DNA of 64,000 nt. Origin: Felis catus (Eukaryota). The stretch is taken from assembly GCF_018350175.1 (NCBI RefSeq), contig NC_058368.1, positions 209,190,001 through 209,254,000 of the forward strand, given 5' to 3'. Under the pieces are notes generated by a model. It searched no databases. It was given only the letters and a program-made list of their open reading frames with translations, and was not told the origin of the DNA. Below are positions 13,850-25,101 of this stretch, one piece after another (positions within the stretch are counted from its first letter, which is position 1; each line of letters opens with the position of its first letter). Made by a program: the position numbers and the translations under genes.

Positions 13850-14670
13850 GACGTGCAAACCCATAAGCAGTTGCAGTTGAAGGATTCCAACCCGGGAACT
13901 TCGAGACACAAAGATCGACGGCTCGCGATACCCACCCGAGCCGAAGCAGTCTGCGCTGCCACGCACTACCCAGCTCCCACTTACCCGATACCCGCTCCCT
14001 TCTCCCTCCCCACCCCTCCCCACCCCTCCCAGCCCTGTCCTTTCCCAGCCCTTTCCCTTTCCCCTCCTTTCCTTCCTTCCCCATACAACCTAGACGAATT
14101 TCCTATTCCCCAACCTGCCAAACCTCCAGCGACGCCCAGGGAAGTGCCCGCTCCACCCCCCCCCCCCCCACGCGCTCCGCCCCTAACGTCCAGCCCTTTC
14201 AACTTCTTCTTCTTGGAGTCTGCAAAACAAGGCCTTCAAATTCCCCTCCCGACGAACCGGAAGTGCGTCATGCAGAGGCGCCGAGGCGCTCGTTTGGCGC
14301 GCGCGCCCTAAGCTGCGGGTCTGAGTTAGGGTCTTGGGTTTTCTCTCCTTTCTCCCTGGTTCTTGACTATTTCCGGACGCTGGTGTCTCCGAACTTCGAC
14401 ATGCCGTCTTCTTTACTGGGCTCGGCGATGCCGGCCTCCACGTCGGCCTCAGCCCTGCAGGAAGCTCTGGAAAATGCAGGACGGCTCATCGACCGTCAGT
14501 TGCAAGAAGACCGCATGTACCCGGACCTTTCCGAGCTTCTCATGGTGTCTGCCCCAAGTGAGTGATCAGTGCCCATTTGGTGGTAACTGCTTTCTCAGCC
14601 GGAAGGACTCTCGCCTGAATTCCTAACTAGGTCCTTATCCCCAGGGTGGACTCGGCGAAGACGTTTTGAG
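13850..14670. promoter_or_regulatory. CpG island / NUP155 promoter with ETS, E2F and GC-box motifs
   Basis: CpG-rich. CCGCCC at 14177-14182, ACCGGAAGTG at 14256-14265 followed by CGTCA, TTTGGCGC at 14293-14300. No TATA box seen. Confidence 0.85.
14401..14557 (+). CDS. NUP155: NUP155 exon 1 (coding part)
   Basis: [52 protein letters not shown]; donor CAA|GTGAGT; 157 nt. Confidence 0.97.
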
Positions 14671-16147
14671 ATTTGGGGCCCTGTTTGCTACATTTTGAAG
14701 AGCAAAAAGAGCCTGTTTTCAGTTTATTTTCTTCCTCACTTCACTGCCGATATTTGAGAGGGTAGGAGTGACGAGCACTCTGCCATTTGAAGCAGAGGGA
14801 AAGACCCCAACCTTAATGAGCTGCTCACTGCCTCCAAGTGTTCATCACAGAGGCCAGATGAGTAGGATCACCTGATCTAAGTCTCATTCTTGTTAATTCC
14901 TCCTATTAACATTAGAGTAAATCAGACGAGCAAATGAAATTAATTTGAAAATTTACCATCTTTCTCAAAGATATTCTTTATTACGTGTAGAGTTAGTGTA
15001 ATATAAAGTCTTAATATGAAGGTTGTTAAAAAGAACTACCGCTGGAATAAAGGAAGAGAATGGGGATATTAGCAGTGATGATGGACAGGGAGGGTAAGGC
15101 AGTGTATGTGTCAACAAAAGAGAGGTGACTGGAAAACATTTTAATGATTTGAAATTATGACTAGGCTCCTCAAGGCATATAGAATTACATAAGTTGCTAA
15201 AAAAAAAAAAGTAACCCCTTTTTGAGACGGATATGGGAGGAGAGCAGAGAAGTGTAAGTAAGACAGAGACAAGATTTGGGGTAAGCAATAACCAAGGTAA
15301 AATAACAAGGACAATCTGTGCAGTGGAAACCTAAACGACACTTCTGACAATTTATAAAAATCGTTGAGTAGGCTTGTAGTCAGAGAAAAGATAGAAACAG
15401 AACAAATTTAGTACTGTTCCTGACTGCTACTTACCGGTGAGCTTGTCTTCTAAGAACTGAGTGGCCTATTAGCAACACTCATCTTGAAGAGCATTACTCT
15501 CTTTGACCTCCTCAGGTTTGAAAACCAAGATGTAAAAACAGTGGATACATTCGAGTACTCTTATCTGACCCCAATCGATTCTATCCACCTTTACACATAC
15601 CTCTTCAACCTAATCTTCTCAGCTTTGTTCCAGTCACACAGAATTTAACATGTTTTTCATAAGAAGCCCTTTCTTCAGGATGCTTTTATGTCATCGTTTA
15701 CTTCGCATCTGGAATTTTCTTCTTTGCTTGACATTCCTCCAAAGTTCGTTAAGTATCACTTCCTTTGTGAGGGGTTTCTTAACCATTCACATCCTCACTT
15801 GAGTTATTAATTCCATCCTTTGTGTTCCCACAGCCATTTATCATGTCCTGTTAATATTTAACATTTCCACTTAGCAATATCCTGTTAAAATTAGTATGTT
15901 TTAAGATTAAATGGGATGTCTGGGATTTCCTTCAAAAAAATTCATTAGAGGGGCACCTGGGTGGCTCAGTTGGTTAAGCGTCTGACTTCAAATCATGTCA
16001 TGATCTCATGGTTTGTGAGCTCCCCGCCATTGGGCTTTGTGCTGACAGCTGAGAGCCTGGACCCTGCTTCGGATTCTGTGTCTCTGTCTCTCTCTGCCAT
16101 TCCCTTGCTTGTGCTGTCTCTCAGTTTCTTTCAAAAATAAGCATTAA

Positions 16148-16367
16148 GGGGCGCCTGGGTGGCGCAGTCGGTTAAGCGTCCGACTTCAGCCAGGTCACGA
16201 TCTCGCGGTCCGTGAGTTCGAGCCCCGCGTCGGGCTCTGGGTTGATGGCTCAGAGCCTGGAGCCTGTTTCCGATTCTGTGTCTCCCTCTCTCTCTGCCCC
16301 TCCCCCGTTCATGCTCTGTCTCTCTCTGTCCCAAAAATAAATAAACGTTGAAAAAAAAATTTTTTTT
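16148..16367 (+). mobile_element. Young felid Can-SINE
   Basis: Near-consensus, CpG-rich copy; TSD aaataagcattaa. Confidence 0.92.
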
Positions 16368-17334
16368 AAATAAGCATTAAAGAAATCCATTAGAAAAGGA
16401 GTAGCTAGGGATATAAATGAAACCTGATTGGACATGTTATTAGTAATATTGAAGCTGGGTAATCAATCGGTACATAGGAATTGATTGCATTTTTCTCTCT
16501 CATATATTTTAAATTTCCATAATACATTTAGAATTTCTTTTTTTGTTGTTTATTTATTTATTTTGAGAGAAAGAGAGAGCGTGGGCTGGGGAGGGACAGA
16601 GAGAAAATCCCAAGCAGGATCCATGGTGACACCTTGGAGCCTAAAGTCAGGCTCACCAATCGTGAGATGACCTGTGCCAAAATCAAGAGCTAGATGCTTA
16701 ACCTACTGAGCCACCCAGGTACCCCTAGAATTTCTTTTATATGTCAGTTTTCCCCAACATCTTTGTACTTAGAGCCTGGAAAGGTGCCTGGATAAAAAGG
16801 TCATGAGATCTAAAGAATACCTCCCTGTTCAAGACGTAGGAAATAGATCAGCCCACTCCTGCCCTTAGTTGTCTGTGTCTTAAAGCAAGAGAAAGGTTGC
16901 CAAGTGAGGACACTTTATAGAGCAGTCTGTGGTTTCCCCCAATAAAATACTGCTTATGTGGCATCATATGTATTTATCTTATTGGTGTGGGAGGGGTGGT
17001 CTCACAAAAACAAAAACACAAGGATTGTTTTAATCTATTAATATTGAAGTGGGAAAGGAAATAGCTATTTCCCCCATCAATATGTTTTTTTTTTTTTTTT
17101 TGTTCACGGTTGTTTCATTTGACAGTCACAAAGTAGTTTTATAAATATTTTCCCATTTCAGATTAGTAAAATAATAGAAAGGAACTAAATTATTGAACTA
17201 AATATATCCTTACTTACAGAGTAAGTCTTTGTGAAGGATAACTGTCTGGTTAGTGCTGAAACCAGTAATTAGCCCTCTTTTAACACTGGATTTTCTCAGG
17301 CCTCTTTTGTATTGGGTCAGAATTACTTTATTTT

Positions 17335-17539
17335 CTATTTTTTTAATGTTTATTTATTTTTGAGAGAGAGTGTGAGTGGGGGAGAGGCAGAGAGAGAGAG
17401 GGAGACACAGAATCTGATGCAGGCTCCAGGCTCTGAGCTGTCAGCACAGAGCCCGATGCGGGGCTCGAACTCTTGAACCATGAGATCACGATCTGAACCA
17501 AAGTCAAACGCTCAACTGACTGAGCCACCCGGGTGCCCC
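17335..17539 (-). mobile_element. Can-SINE (antisense, ~120 nt upstream of exon 2)
   Basis: Reverse complement of the Can-SINE head and tail. Confidence 0.9.
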
Positions 17540-17658
17540 TTCTCTATACCTTTATAACTATCAGATACACAATTTTTTTTGTAGCTTGCAGTGCTTCGAT
17601 ATGCCCAGTTGATGTTCAGTATATTATTTTAATAAATGCTTTGTTTTATTACTTGTAG

Positions 17659-17796
17659 ATAATCCCACTGTTTCCGGCATGTCAGATATGGATTATCCTC
17701 TACAAGGACCTGGTTTGCTGTCGGTACCCAACCTTCCAGAGATCAGTTCCATCCGAAGGGTTCCTCTCCCACCTGAACTTGTTGAACAGTTTGGAC
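17659..17796 (+). CDS. NUP155: NUP155 exon 2
   Basis: [18 protein letters not shown]...VEQFG; 138 nt; followed by U12-type donor GTATCCTTT. Confidence 0.96.
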
Positions 17797-17927
17797 GTAT
17801 CCTTTTACCTTGTTTTTAACTCCCTAAAATTTTTAAAAATTAGTATTCTTATTCTAATTCTTGCTTTGTGTTTAATTGGTGTGTTGTATGTAAGTTCATT
17901 TAAGAGTTTTATTTAGAAAACATTTTA

Positions 17928-18150
17928 AGGGGCGCCTGGGTGGCGCAGTCGGTTAAGCGTCCGACTTCAGCCAGGTCACGATCTCGCGGTCCGTGAGTTC
18001 GAGCCCCGCGTCAGGCTCTGGGCTGATGGCTCGGAGCCTGGAGCCTGTTTCCGATTCTGTGTCTCCCTCTCTCTCTGGCCCTCCCCTGTTCATGCTCTGT
18101 CTCTCTCTGTCGCAAAAATAAATAAAAAACGTTGAAAAAAAAATTTAATA
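17928..18150 (+). mobile_element. Young felid Can-SINE
   Basis: Near-consensus copy; TSD aaaacattttaag. Confidence 0.92.
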
Positions 18151-18536
18151 AAAAACATTTTAAGTATGTCAGTAGTTTGCCATGTGCCTAGAAAATATCA
18201 TATAAAATTGAGTGTTGAAAATTGAATCACATCTTAATTGTTCTTGGACATTGAAGAGAGTGAATCATTTACAAGGAATTCTGCATTTTTGAATGATATT
18301 ATTGCAAGGTAGTACTTTCCAGTTAAGTGCTATCCACGGAAGCCTTTTTACCCCATTTTAGCTTGAAGACTCCTGATTTTCATTTTTATTTTTTCTCATA
18401 TTTTAACACTTTAAAACTGGGATGTTTTTCTAAAAATGTTTAAAAACAAACAAAAACTGCCATGTGCTTCTTTTTACCCATCCCCAAAAGTTTTTGGTAT
18501 GGTTTGGCACTTAATGGTATCTTAGAATTAAGGTTT

Positions 18537-18854
18537 AGGGCTACCTGAGTGGCTCAATTGGTTAAGCGTCTGACTCTTGATTTCAGCTCAGGTCATAATC
18601 TCGTAGTTTGTGAGATGGAGCCCCGCATCAGGCGCAGTGCTGAGTGCACGGAGTCTGCTTGGGATTCATTCTGTCTCTCTCCTTCCCTCCCCCCTCTCCC
18701 CCTCTCCCCCTCTCCCCCTCTCCCCCTCTCCCCCTCTCCCTCTCTCCCCCTCTCTCTCTCTCCCCCTCTCTCTCTCTCCCTCTCCCTCTCCCTCTCCTCT
18801 CTCTCTCTCCTCTCTCTCTCTCTCTCCTCTCTCTCTCTCCTCTCTCTCTCTCTC

Positions 18855-18905
<51 letters not shown>

Positions 18906-18914
18906 CTCCTCTCT

Positions 18915-18985
<71 letters not shown>

Positions 18986-19555
18986 CTCTCTCCCTCTCCT
19001 CTCTCCTCTCTCTCCCTCTCCTCTCCTCTCTCCTCCTCTCCTCTCTCTCCCTCTCTCTCCCCTCTCTCTCCCTCTCCCCTCTCTCTCCCTCTCCCCTCTC
19101 TCTCCCTCTCCCCTCTCTCTCCCTCTCCCCTCTCTCTCCCTCTCCCCTCTCTCTCCCTCTCCCCTCTCTCTCCCTCTCCCCTCTCTCTCCCTCTCCCCTC
19201 TCTCTCCCTCTCCCCTCTCTCTCCCTCTCCCCTCTCTCTCCCTCTCCCCTCTCTCTCCCTCTCCCCTCTCTCTCCCTCTCCCCTCTCTCTCCCTCTCCCC
19301 TCTCTCTCCCTCTCCCCTCTCTCTCCCTCTCCCCTCTCTCTCCCTCTCCCCTCTCTCTCCCTCTCCCCTCTCTCTCCCTCTCCCCTCTCTCTCCCTCTCC
19401 CCTCTCTCTCCCTCTCCCCTCTCTCTCCCTCTCCCCTCTCTCTCCCTCTCCTCTCCCTCCCTCTCCTCTCCCTCCCTCTCCTCTCCCTCTCTCTCCTCTC
19501 CCTCTCTCTCCTCTCCCTCTCTCTCCTCTCCCTCTCTCTCCTCTCCCTCTCTCTC

Positions 19556-19589
<34 letters not shown>

Positions 19590-19604
19590 CTCTCTCTCTC
19601 TCTC

Positions 19605-19656
<52 letters not shown>

Positions 19657-19806
19657 CCCTCTCTCTCCTCTCTCTCCTCTCTCTCCTCTCTCTCCTCTCC
19701 CTCTCTCTCCTCTCCCTCTCTCTCCTCTCTCTCTCTCTCCTCTCTCTCTCCCCTCTCTCTCCTCTCCCTCTCTCTCCTCTCTCTCTCTCTCCTCTCTCTC
19801 TCTCTC

Positions 19807-19838
<32 letters not shown>

Positions 19839-19950
19839 CTCTCTCTCTCTCCTCTCTCTTTCTCTCCTCTCTCTTTCTCTCTCTCTGCCTCTACCCTGCT
19901 CACACTCACCTTCTCTCTCAAAATAAATAAGATAAACTTAAAAAAAAAAT
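18537..19950 (+). mobile_element. Can-SINE with hugely expanded internal (CT)n region
   Basis: SINE head at 18537-18670 and AATAAA/A-tail at 19920-19950 bracket the pyrimidine tract. Confidence 0.88.
18674..19886. repeat. ~1.2 kb C/T-only compound microsatellite/minisatellite (17-nt unit CTCTCTCCCTCTCCCCT, ~19060-19445)
   Basis: Read directly: no purines on the + strand across the tract. The 17-aa repeat in the ORF track equals 3 x 17 nt. A 15-nt unit follows at ~19450-19560. Confidence 0.95.
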
Positions 19951-20134
19951 CTTAAGAAAGAATTAAAATTATAAGTGATTACATTTCTAAGGATCACAAT
20001 AAGAATGAAACACTAATGGAATCTTCATAGACTGAATTGCTAGAGGAGTTTTCTTACCCTCTAAAAAAAGATCTCATCTGATTCTTTTAAAGTATGGCAT
20101 ACCCTATAAAGGCATTAGATTTATAGTTATTTGC

Positions 20135-20870
20135 AGGGCGCCTAGGTAGCTCAGTCGGTTGGGGGGCCGACTTTGGCTCAGGTTATGATCTCATAGTTAG
20201 TGGGTTCAAGCCATGCATAGGGCTCTGTGCTGACAGCTCAGAGCCTGGAGCCTGCTTTGTATCTTCCTCTCTGCCACTCCCCCACTCCTGTGTTTTCTCT
20301 CTCTCTCTCTCAAAGTTAAATAAACATTAAAAAAAAGATTTATAGTTATTTGTTAGGAAGCTTCTGTATCAATCTATAGCTCTCATAATATAGACATTAA
20401 GATGATATGCTAGTCGGTTAAGCGTCCGACTTCAGCCAGGTCACGATCTCGCGGTCCGTGGGTTCAAGCCCCGCTTCGGGCTCTGGGCTGATGGCTCAGA
20501 GCCTGGAGCCTGTTTCCGATTCTGTGTCTCCCTCTCTCTCTGCCCCTCCCCCGTTCATGCTCTGTCTCTCTCTGTCGCAAAAATAAATAAAAAACGTTGA
20601 AAAAAAAATTAAAAAAAAAAAAAGATGATATGCTAAAATTTAATCTGAGGGGCACCTAGGTGGCTCCGTCGGTTAAGCGTCCGACTTCAGTTCAGTTCAT
20701 GATCTCATGGTCCGTGAGTTCAAGCCCCGCGTCAGGCTCTGTGCTGACAGCTCAGAGCCTGGAGCCTGCTTCCAATTCTGTGTCTCCCTCTCTCTCTGAC
20801 CCTCCCCCATTCATGCTCTGTCTCTCTGTCTCAAAAATAAATAAATACATTAAAAAATTTTTTTTAATAA
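20135..20870 (+). mobile_element. Three tandem Can-SINEs (20135-20335; 5'-truncated young copy 20412-20622; 20648-20870)
   Basis: SINE heads and tails; the middle copy has TSD aagatgatatgcta. Confidence 0.9.
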
Positions 20871-21124
20871 AATAAAATTTAATCTGAGACTTTTAAAAAT
20901 ATATTAAACTATTTAAAGGAAAAGTGTTTCAAATTTCAGTACAGTCTGCTTTAGAAAAATAAAGGAAATGGAAAATTAAGAAAATAGTTATAAATAGAAA
21001 AACTAGTAGAATCTAATATTTTTCCTAAACTTTTCAGTATTTCTCTGAGACTTTGTAAAATAACGTTATTAAATATACAACACTTCTTATCCCATACTCT
21101 ATCTTTTCTTAGTTTCTTAATATT

Positions 21125-21347
21125 CTTTTTTTTTTTTAATTTTTTTTAAACGTTTATTTATTTTTGAGACAGAGACAGAGCATGAACGGGGGAGAGGCAG
21201 AGAGAGAGGGAGACACAGAATCGGAAACAGGCTCCAGGCTCTGAGCGGTCAGCACAGAGCCCGACGTGGGGCTCGAACTCACGGACCATGAGATCATGAC
21301 CTGAGCCGAAGTCGGATGCTTAACCGACCAAGCCACCCAGGCGCCCC
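21125..21347 (-). mobile_element. Can-SINE (antisense)
   Basis: TSD agtttcttaatattcttt. Confidence 0.9.
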
Positions 21348-22149
21348 AGTTTCTTAATATTCTTTAATCTTCTGATAATACCATGCAAAAAATTATCATT
21401 TAATTAAGAAATTATTTTATTTCACAATTTTTTCCTCATCTTATGATTACATAATATAATTCTTTGTCTATTTTTCAATTGCACTATATATAAGAAGCTT
21501 GCAAATTGTCACCTGGCCTAACTTTAGCATGCCTTATGTTTTTTTTTTTTTTTTTTTATCACTCTTGCTCTTATGCAGTTGGGAGAAAGTGGTCCAGTAG
21601 AACAGTTTTTTCATGTCAAAATTTAATGGTGTTATTCATGATCAATATTCGTCTTTAATAATGGTAAAAACATTATATTTGTCCTTTAAAATACATTTTA
21701 AGTGGTCAAATGGCATTATTTAGGAATTGTAAATTGCAGGTTTATTTTTGTCATACACTATGTCTTTAAACTCATTAGAAATCAAGATATTTTATTTGCT
21801 TTTTCTTTTTAAAATTTTTTTTTAATGTTTATTCATTTTTGAGAGACAGAGCATGAGTGGGGGAGGGGCAGAGAGAGAAGGAGACACAGAATCCGAAGCA
21901 GGCTCCAGGCTCTGAGCTGTCAGCACAGAGCCTGAAGTGGGGCTCGAATTCATGAACCCTGAGATCATGACCTGAGCTGAAGTCAGACACTTGATGGACT
22001 GAGCTACCGAGGTACCCTTTATTGCTTTTTCTATTAAAAAGTGGACAGATCATGATTTTTTAATCATAAATTTTAAATCAAAATCTTTCAAAACAAGCTT
22101 AAGAAAGAGAAGATTGAAATCTTTTTGCCTTACATCCACACTACTTCAG

Positions 22150-22246
22150 ATATGCAGTGTAACTGCATGATGGGTGTGTTCCCTCCTATCAGCAGAGCTT
22201 GGCTCACAATTGACAGTGACATATTCATGTGGAACTATGAAGATGG
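22150..22246 (+). CDS. NUP155: NUP155 exon 3
   Basis: [31 protein letters not shown]; 97 nt; donor GG|GTATGT. Confidence 0.96.
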
Positions 22247-22365
22247 GTATGTATTTAATGCTGGTTTGCTTTAGCATGATTAGAAGTTAGATTATCTTAA
22301 TGGCAGCTAGTATTCTACTCATCAGAAGCTGCCTGGTTTATTTTTCATTCAGCTAACATCTGGGT

Positions 22366-22517
22366 CAGTGCTTCTCAGTATGCATACTGATCACCTGAGA
22401 ATGAGGTTAAAAGTGCGGATACTGTTATAGTACTTCTGAGTGAGCCTCGAGAGTCTGCATTTGTAACAACCTCCCAGTGATGCTGCCAGTCTCAGTACCA
22501 CTCTGAGTAGCAGGGGT
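22366..22517. mobile_element. MER5A-like hAT MITE
   Basis: 'cagtgcttctc...atcacctg...tctgcatttgtaacaacctcccagtgatgctg...ccactctgagtagca'. Confidence 0.65.
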
Positions 22518-23803
22518 CTAGTTTCCAAGCTCTTATCTTCCAATAAGATAATCTGTTAGTAGTTTTTTGAGAGATGGTTTGACGTCTTTAAAGACCTGTA
22601 TTTTTGATGCATTTTTATGAATTGGGAGGCTCTTAATTCATTGAAGTGACTAAACAGTTTTATTCCATGAGGTTGGCCATGTGTAATTTGAGTGTATATA
22701 GTAATCTGAGTGACGGCTCAAGACATTCTTGCTAAAATAGTTTATTGATCTGGTAATCTCACTCTGGCTTTTTGAAGATAAATTTTGGCTTACTACCATT
22801 TCTCTCTCATAATGTCTTTAGGGGATTAGTGGGATAACCAGAGGAAGGCCCTTGTAGTTGTTTCTCTTGCCCTTGGGTAATTAAAGCACCTGTTAGGAAT
22901 GCACACATGCACACACACACACACACACACAATCACTGAATTAAAGTGATACTAAATGAGAACTTGTAGCTTAAATAAAAATATTTTTGTTCTCTGATTT
23001 TTTTTCATTTAGAATTTTTCATAGCTATTTTTTATGGTTGAACTGTTATATAGTTCTAATAGCAGTGATGTATGGTTGTGATTTTTCTTCATATACCCTG
23101 AACTTCAGTTGCTTTTATTATTGTAACATAGTCGTTTTGATACTAAGGAATAAAACAACTTCATTTAGGTGTGGATCTATTTAGAAAAACAAACACAAAA
23201 AAAATTATGTTATAGACAAATGTAAGGATAATTTCCTTAAAAAGGGTTTCTCTTTAATGAAAATTTCTGTATTTCCATCAACATGTAATGTATCCATGTA
23301 ATAAAATATTGAGTTTATTATGTATCAGACACTCTTTTGTGCTAGGAACAATATTGAATGTGGTAAGTGTAGCTCCTGTCCTCATGGAATATACACTCCA
23401 ACCTTACCGTGTTCAAACTAGAACTTATTTAAAGAAAAATTATTTGAACAGTGTGCTTACTGAAAAAAATCAAGGCACAAATCCTCGGTATATAAATCTT
23501 TAGTTCACAAATTCAATTCTGCAAAAATGTTAGGTTTCATTTCAATTATTCCATTAGCTTTTTATTATAAATCCTAATACCACATGGATAATAGGAACGT
23601 AATCTTGTTCAATTCATTGTTCTGAAACACCTAACATCCCCAGTATTGGTCTTAGTTTCTGGAGGTTGTTCCAGTTTTCACAACATGGGGAAATGGGAAA
23701 ACCTGGTCCACATATGTGGCCATTTAGGAGTTTTCTTTCTGTTTGCTTGGCTCTTTTCAGGACAACCAGAAATTTTCTTCAAGGTCTGGATCATGTGTGT
23801 ATA

Positions 23804-23834
<31 letters not shown>

Positions 23835-25030
23835 TTATACGTATATGTATATATATGAATATCCCTCCCCCACGCCCCCGCCCCCCGGGCATATTTATCC
23901 TACTTGGTGTTCTCTGAGTTTCTTGGATCTTTGGTTTGATGTCTTACATTTTTGGAAATTTTTCAGTGATTATCTTCAAATATTTGTTCTGCCCCATTCT
24001 CTTCCTCTCCCTTCTGAGATTTTTACACTTCCGTTAGATTGTTTGATGTTATTCAAAACAGATTTTGGATACTTTGTTCTGTTTTTGTTTCTCCATTCTT
24101 TTTGTTTGTTTCAATTTGGACAATTTCTGTTGACCCAAATTCAGGTTCATGGATTCTTTTGTTAAGTATGTCACATCTACTTAAAAAGTTCTTACAAGAT
24201 GTTCTTTCTCTGTGCTGTGCTTTTTATTTCTAACATTTTCACTTATTTCTTGTAATTTTCATCTCTCTGCTGAAATTCCTTATTTGCTTATTTATATTGT
24301 CCCCTTTTTTCATTAATACCTATATGATAATCATTTATTTTAAATTTTCTGTCTTTATAGTTCAGACATCTGTCTCCTAGCTGAGTCCATTTCTGTTGAT
24401 TTGTTTCTTGACAGGCTTTTTTTTCCTGTGCTTTTTTGTGTCTCATGTGTTTATTTTTAAGCCAGATGCCATGTGTAGGGCAGTGGACACTGCAGTAAGT
24501 AGTGTTTATCCATCCCAAGATATGGGTATGTCTCTTTTTTTGCTAGGGCCATTCAAGTAGGTCTTTATTTCGGGGAAAGTTAACTTTTTCCAAGTCAAGA
24601 GTTGAGTTGAGTTTGGTTTTGTTATTGCTCTGGTTACCTTCAGTGGACCACAGGTTTCAAATTCCTTAGAATTACTTTGCACTTAGAATGTAGGTTGGGT
24701 TCCTAGAGACTTTTTCTCAGTGTTTCTGTCCACCCTCAGCCATAGGCTTTCCCTGTGAGTCTGTTCTTCTGAGAGGGTCTTAACCCAACAGAACTGCTAT
24801 TACTTGAGATTTGCAACCTGGCTGAGGAGAAGTTTGGAATGGGGAGCAGCTGTCTCTGTTTGCCTGGTTTATGCTTAGCTTTAGACAGGCCTGTGTGCCT
24901 GAATCTTGGAACTGAAACAGTTTTGTTTGCTGGCTTATTTTTCACTACATCCTGTAGTCTTAAAGAATATTTTAGGATAAAACTTTGTTTTCTGTGTATG
25001 TATAACATGTTTTTCTTTACCGTTTGACAG

Positions 25031-25101
25031 AGGAGACCTTGCCTATTTTGATGGACTTAGTGAGACTATTCTTGCTGTGGGGCTTGTGAAACCAAAAGCT
25101 G
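25031..25101 (+). CDS. NUP155: NUP155 exon 4
   Basis: [23 protein letters not shown]; 71 nt; AG/GT flanks. Confidence 0.96.

Larger units (their letters stand above)
17797..22149 (+). other. NUP155: U12-type (minor spliceosome) GT-AG intron 2 of NUP155
   Basis: The 5' splice site GTATCCTTTT matches the U12 consensus. The 3' end lacks a long polypyrimidine tract and has a branch-like TTTTGCCTTACA at ~22123-22134 before CAG at 22147-22149. Confidence 0.88.

Noticed and set aside
13787..14311. 174-aa proline-rich ORF upstream of NUP155
   Set aside because: GTG start, and the composition follows from the C-rich promoter; no recognisable protein.
19060..19445. Regular 17-nt periodic array resembling a CRISPR-like structure
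   Set aside because: No unique spacers; it is a simple minisatellite in mammalian DNA.
18549..19955. Four long ORFs (428-468 aa; Ser/Leu/Pro- or Arg/Glu-rich) on both strands
   Set aside because: Artefact of a C/T-only repeat that cannot contain stop codons; it lies inside a SINE.
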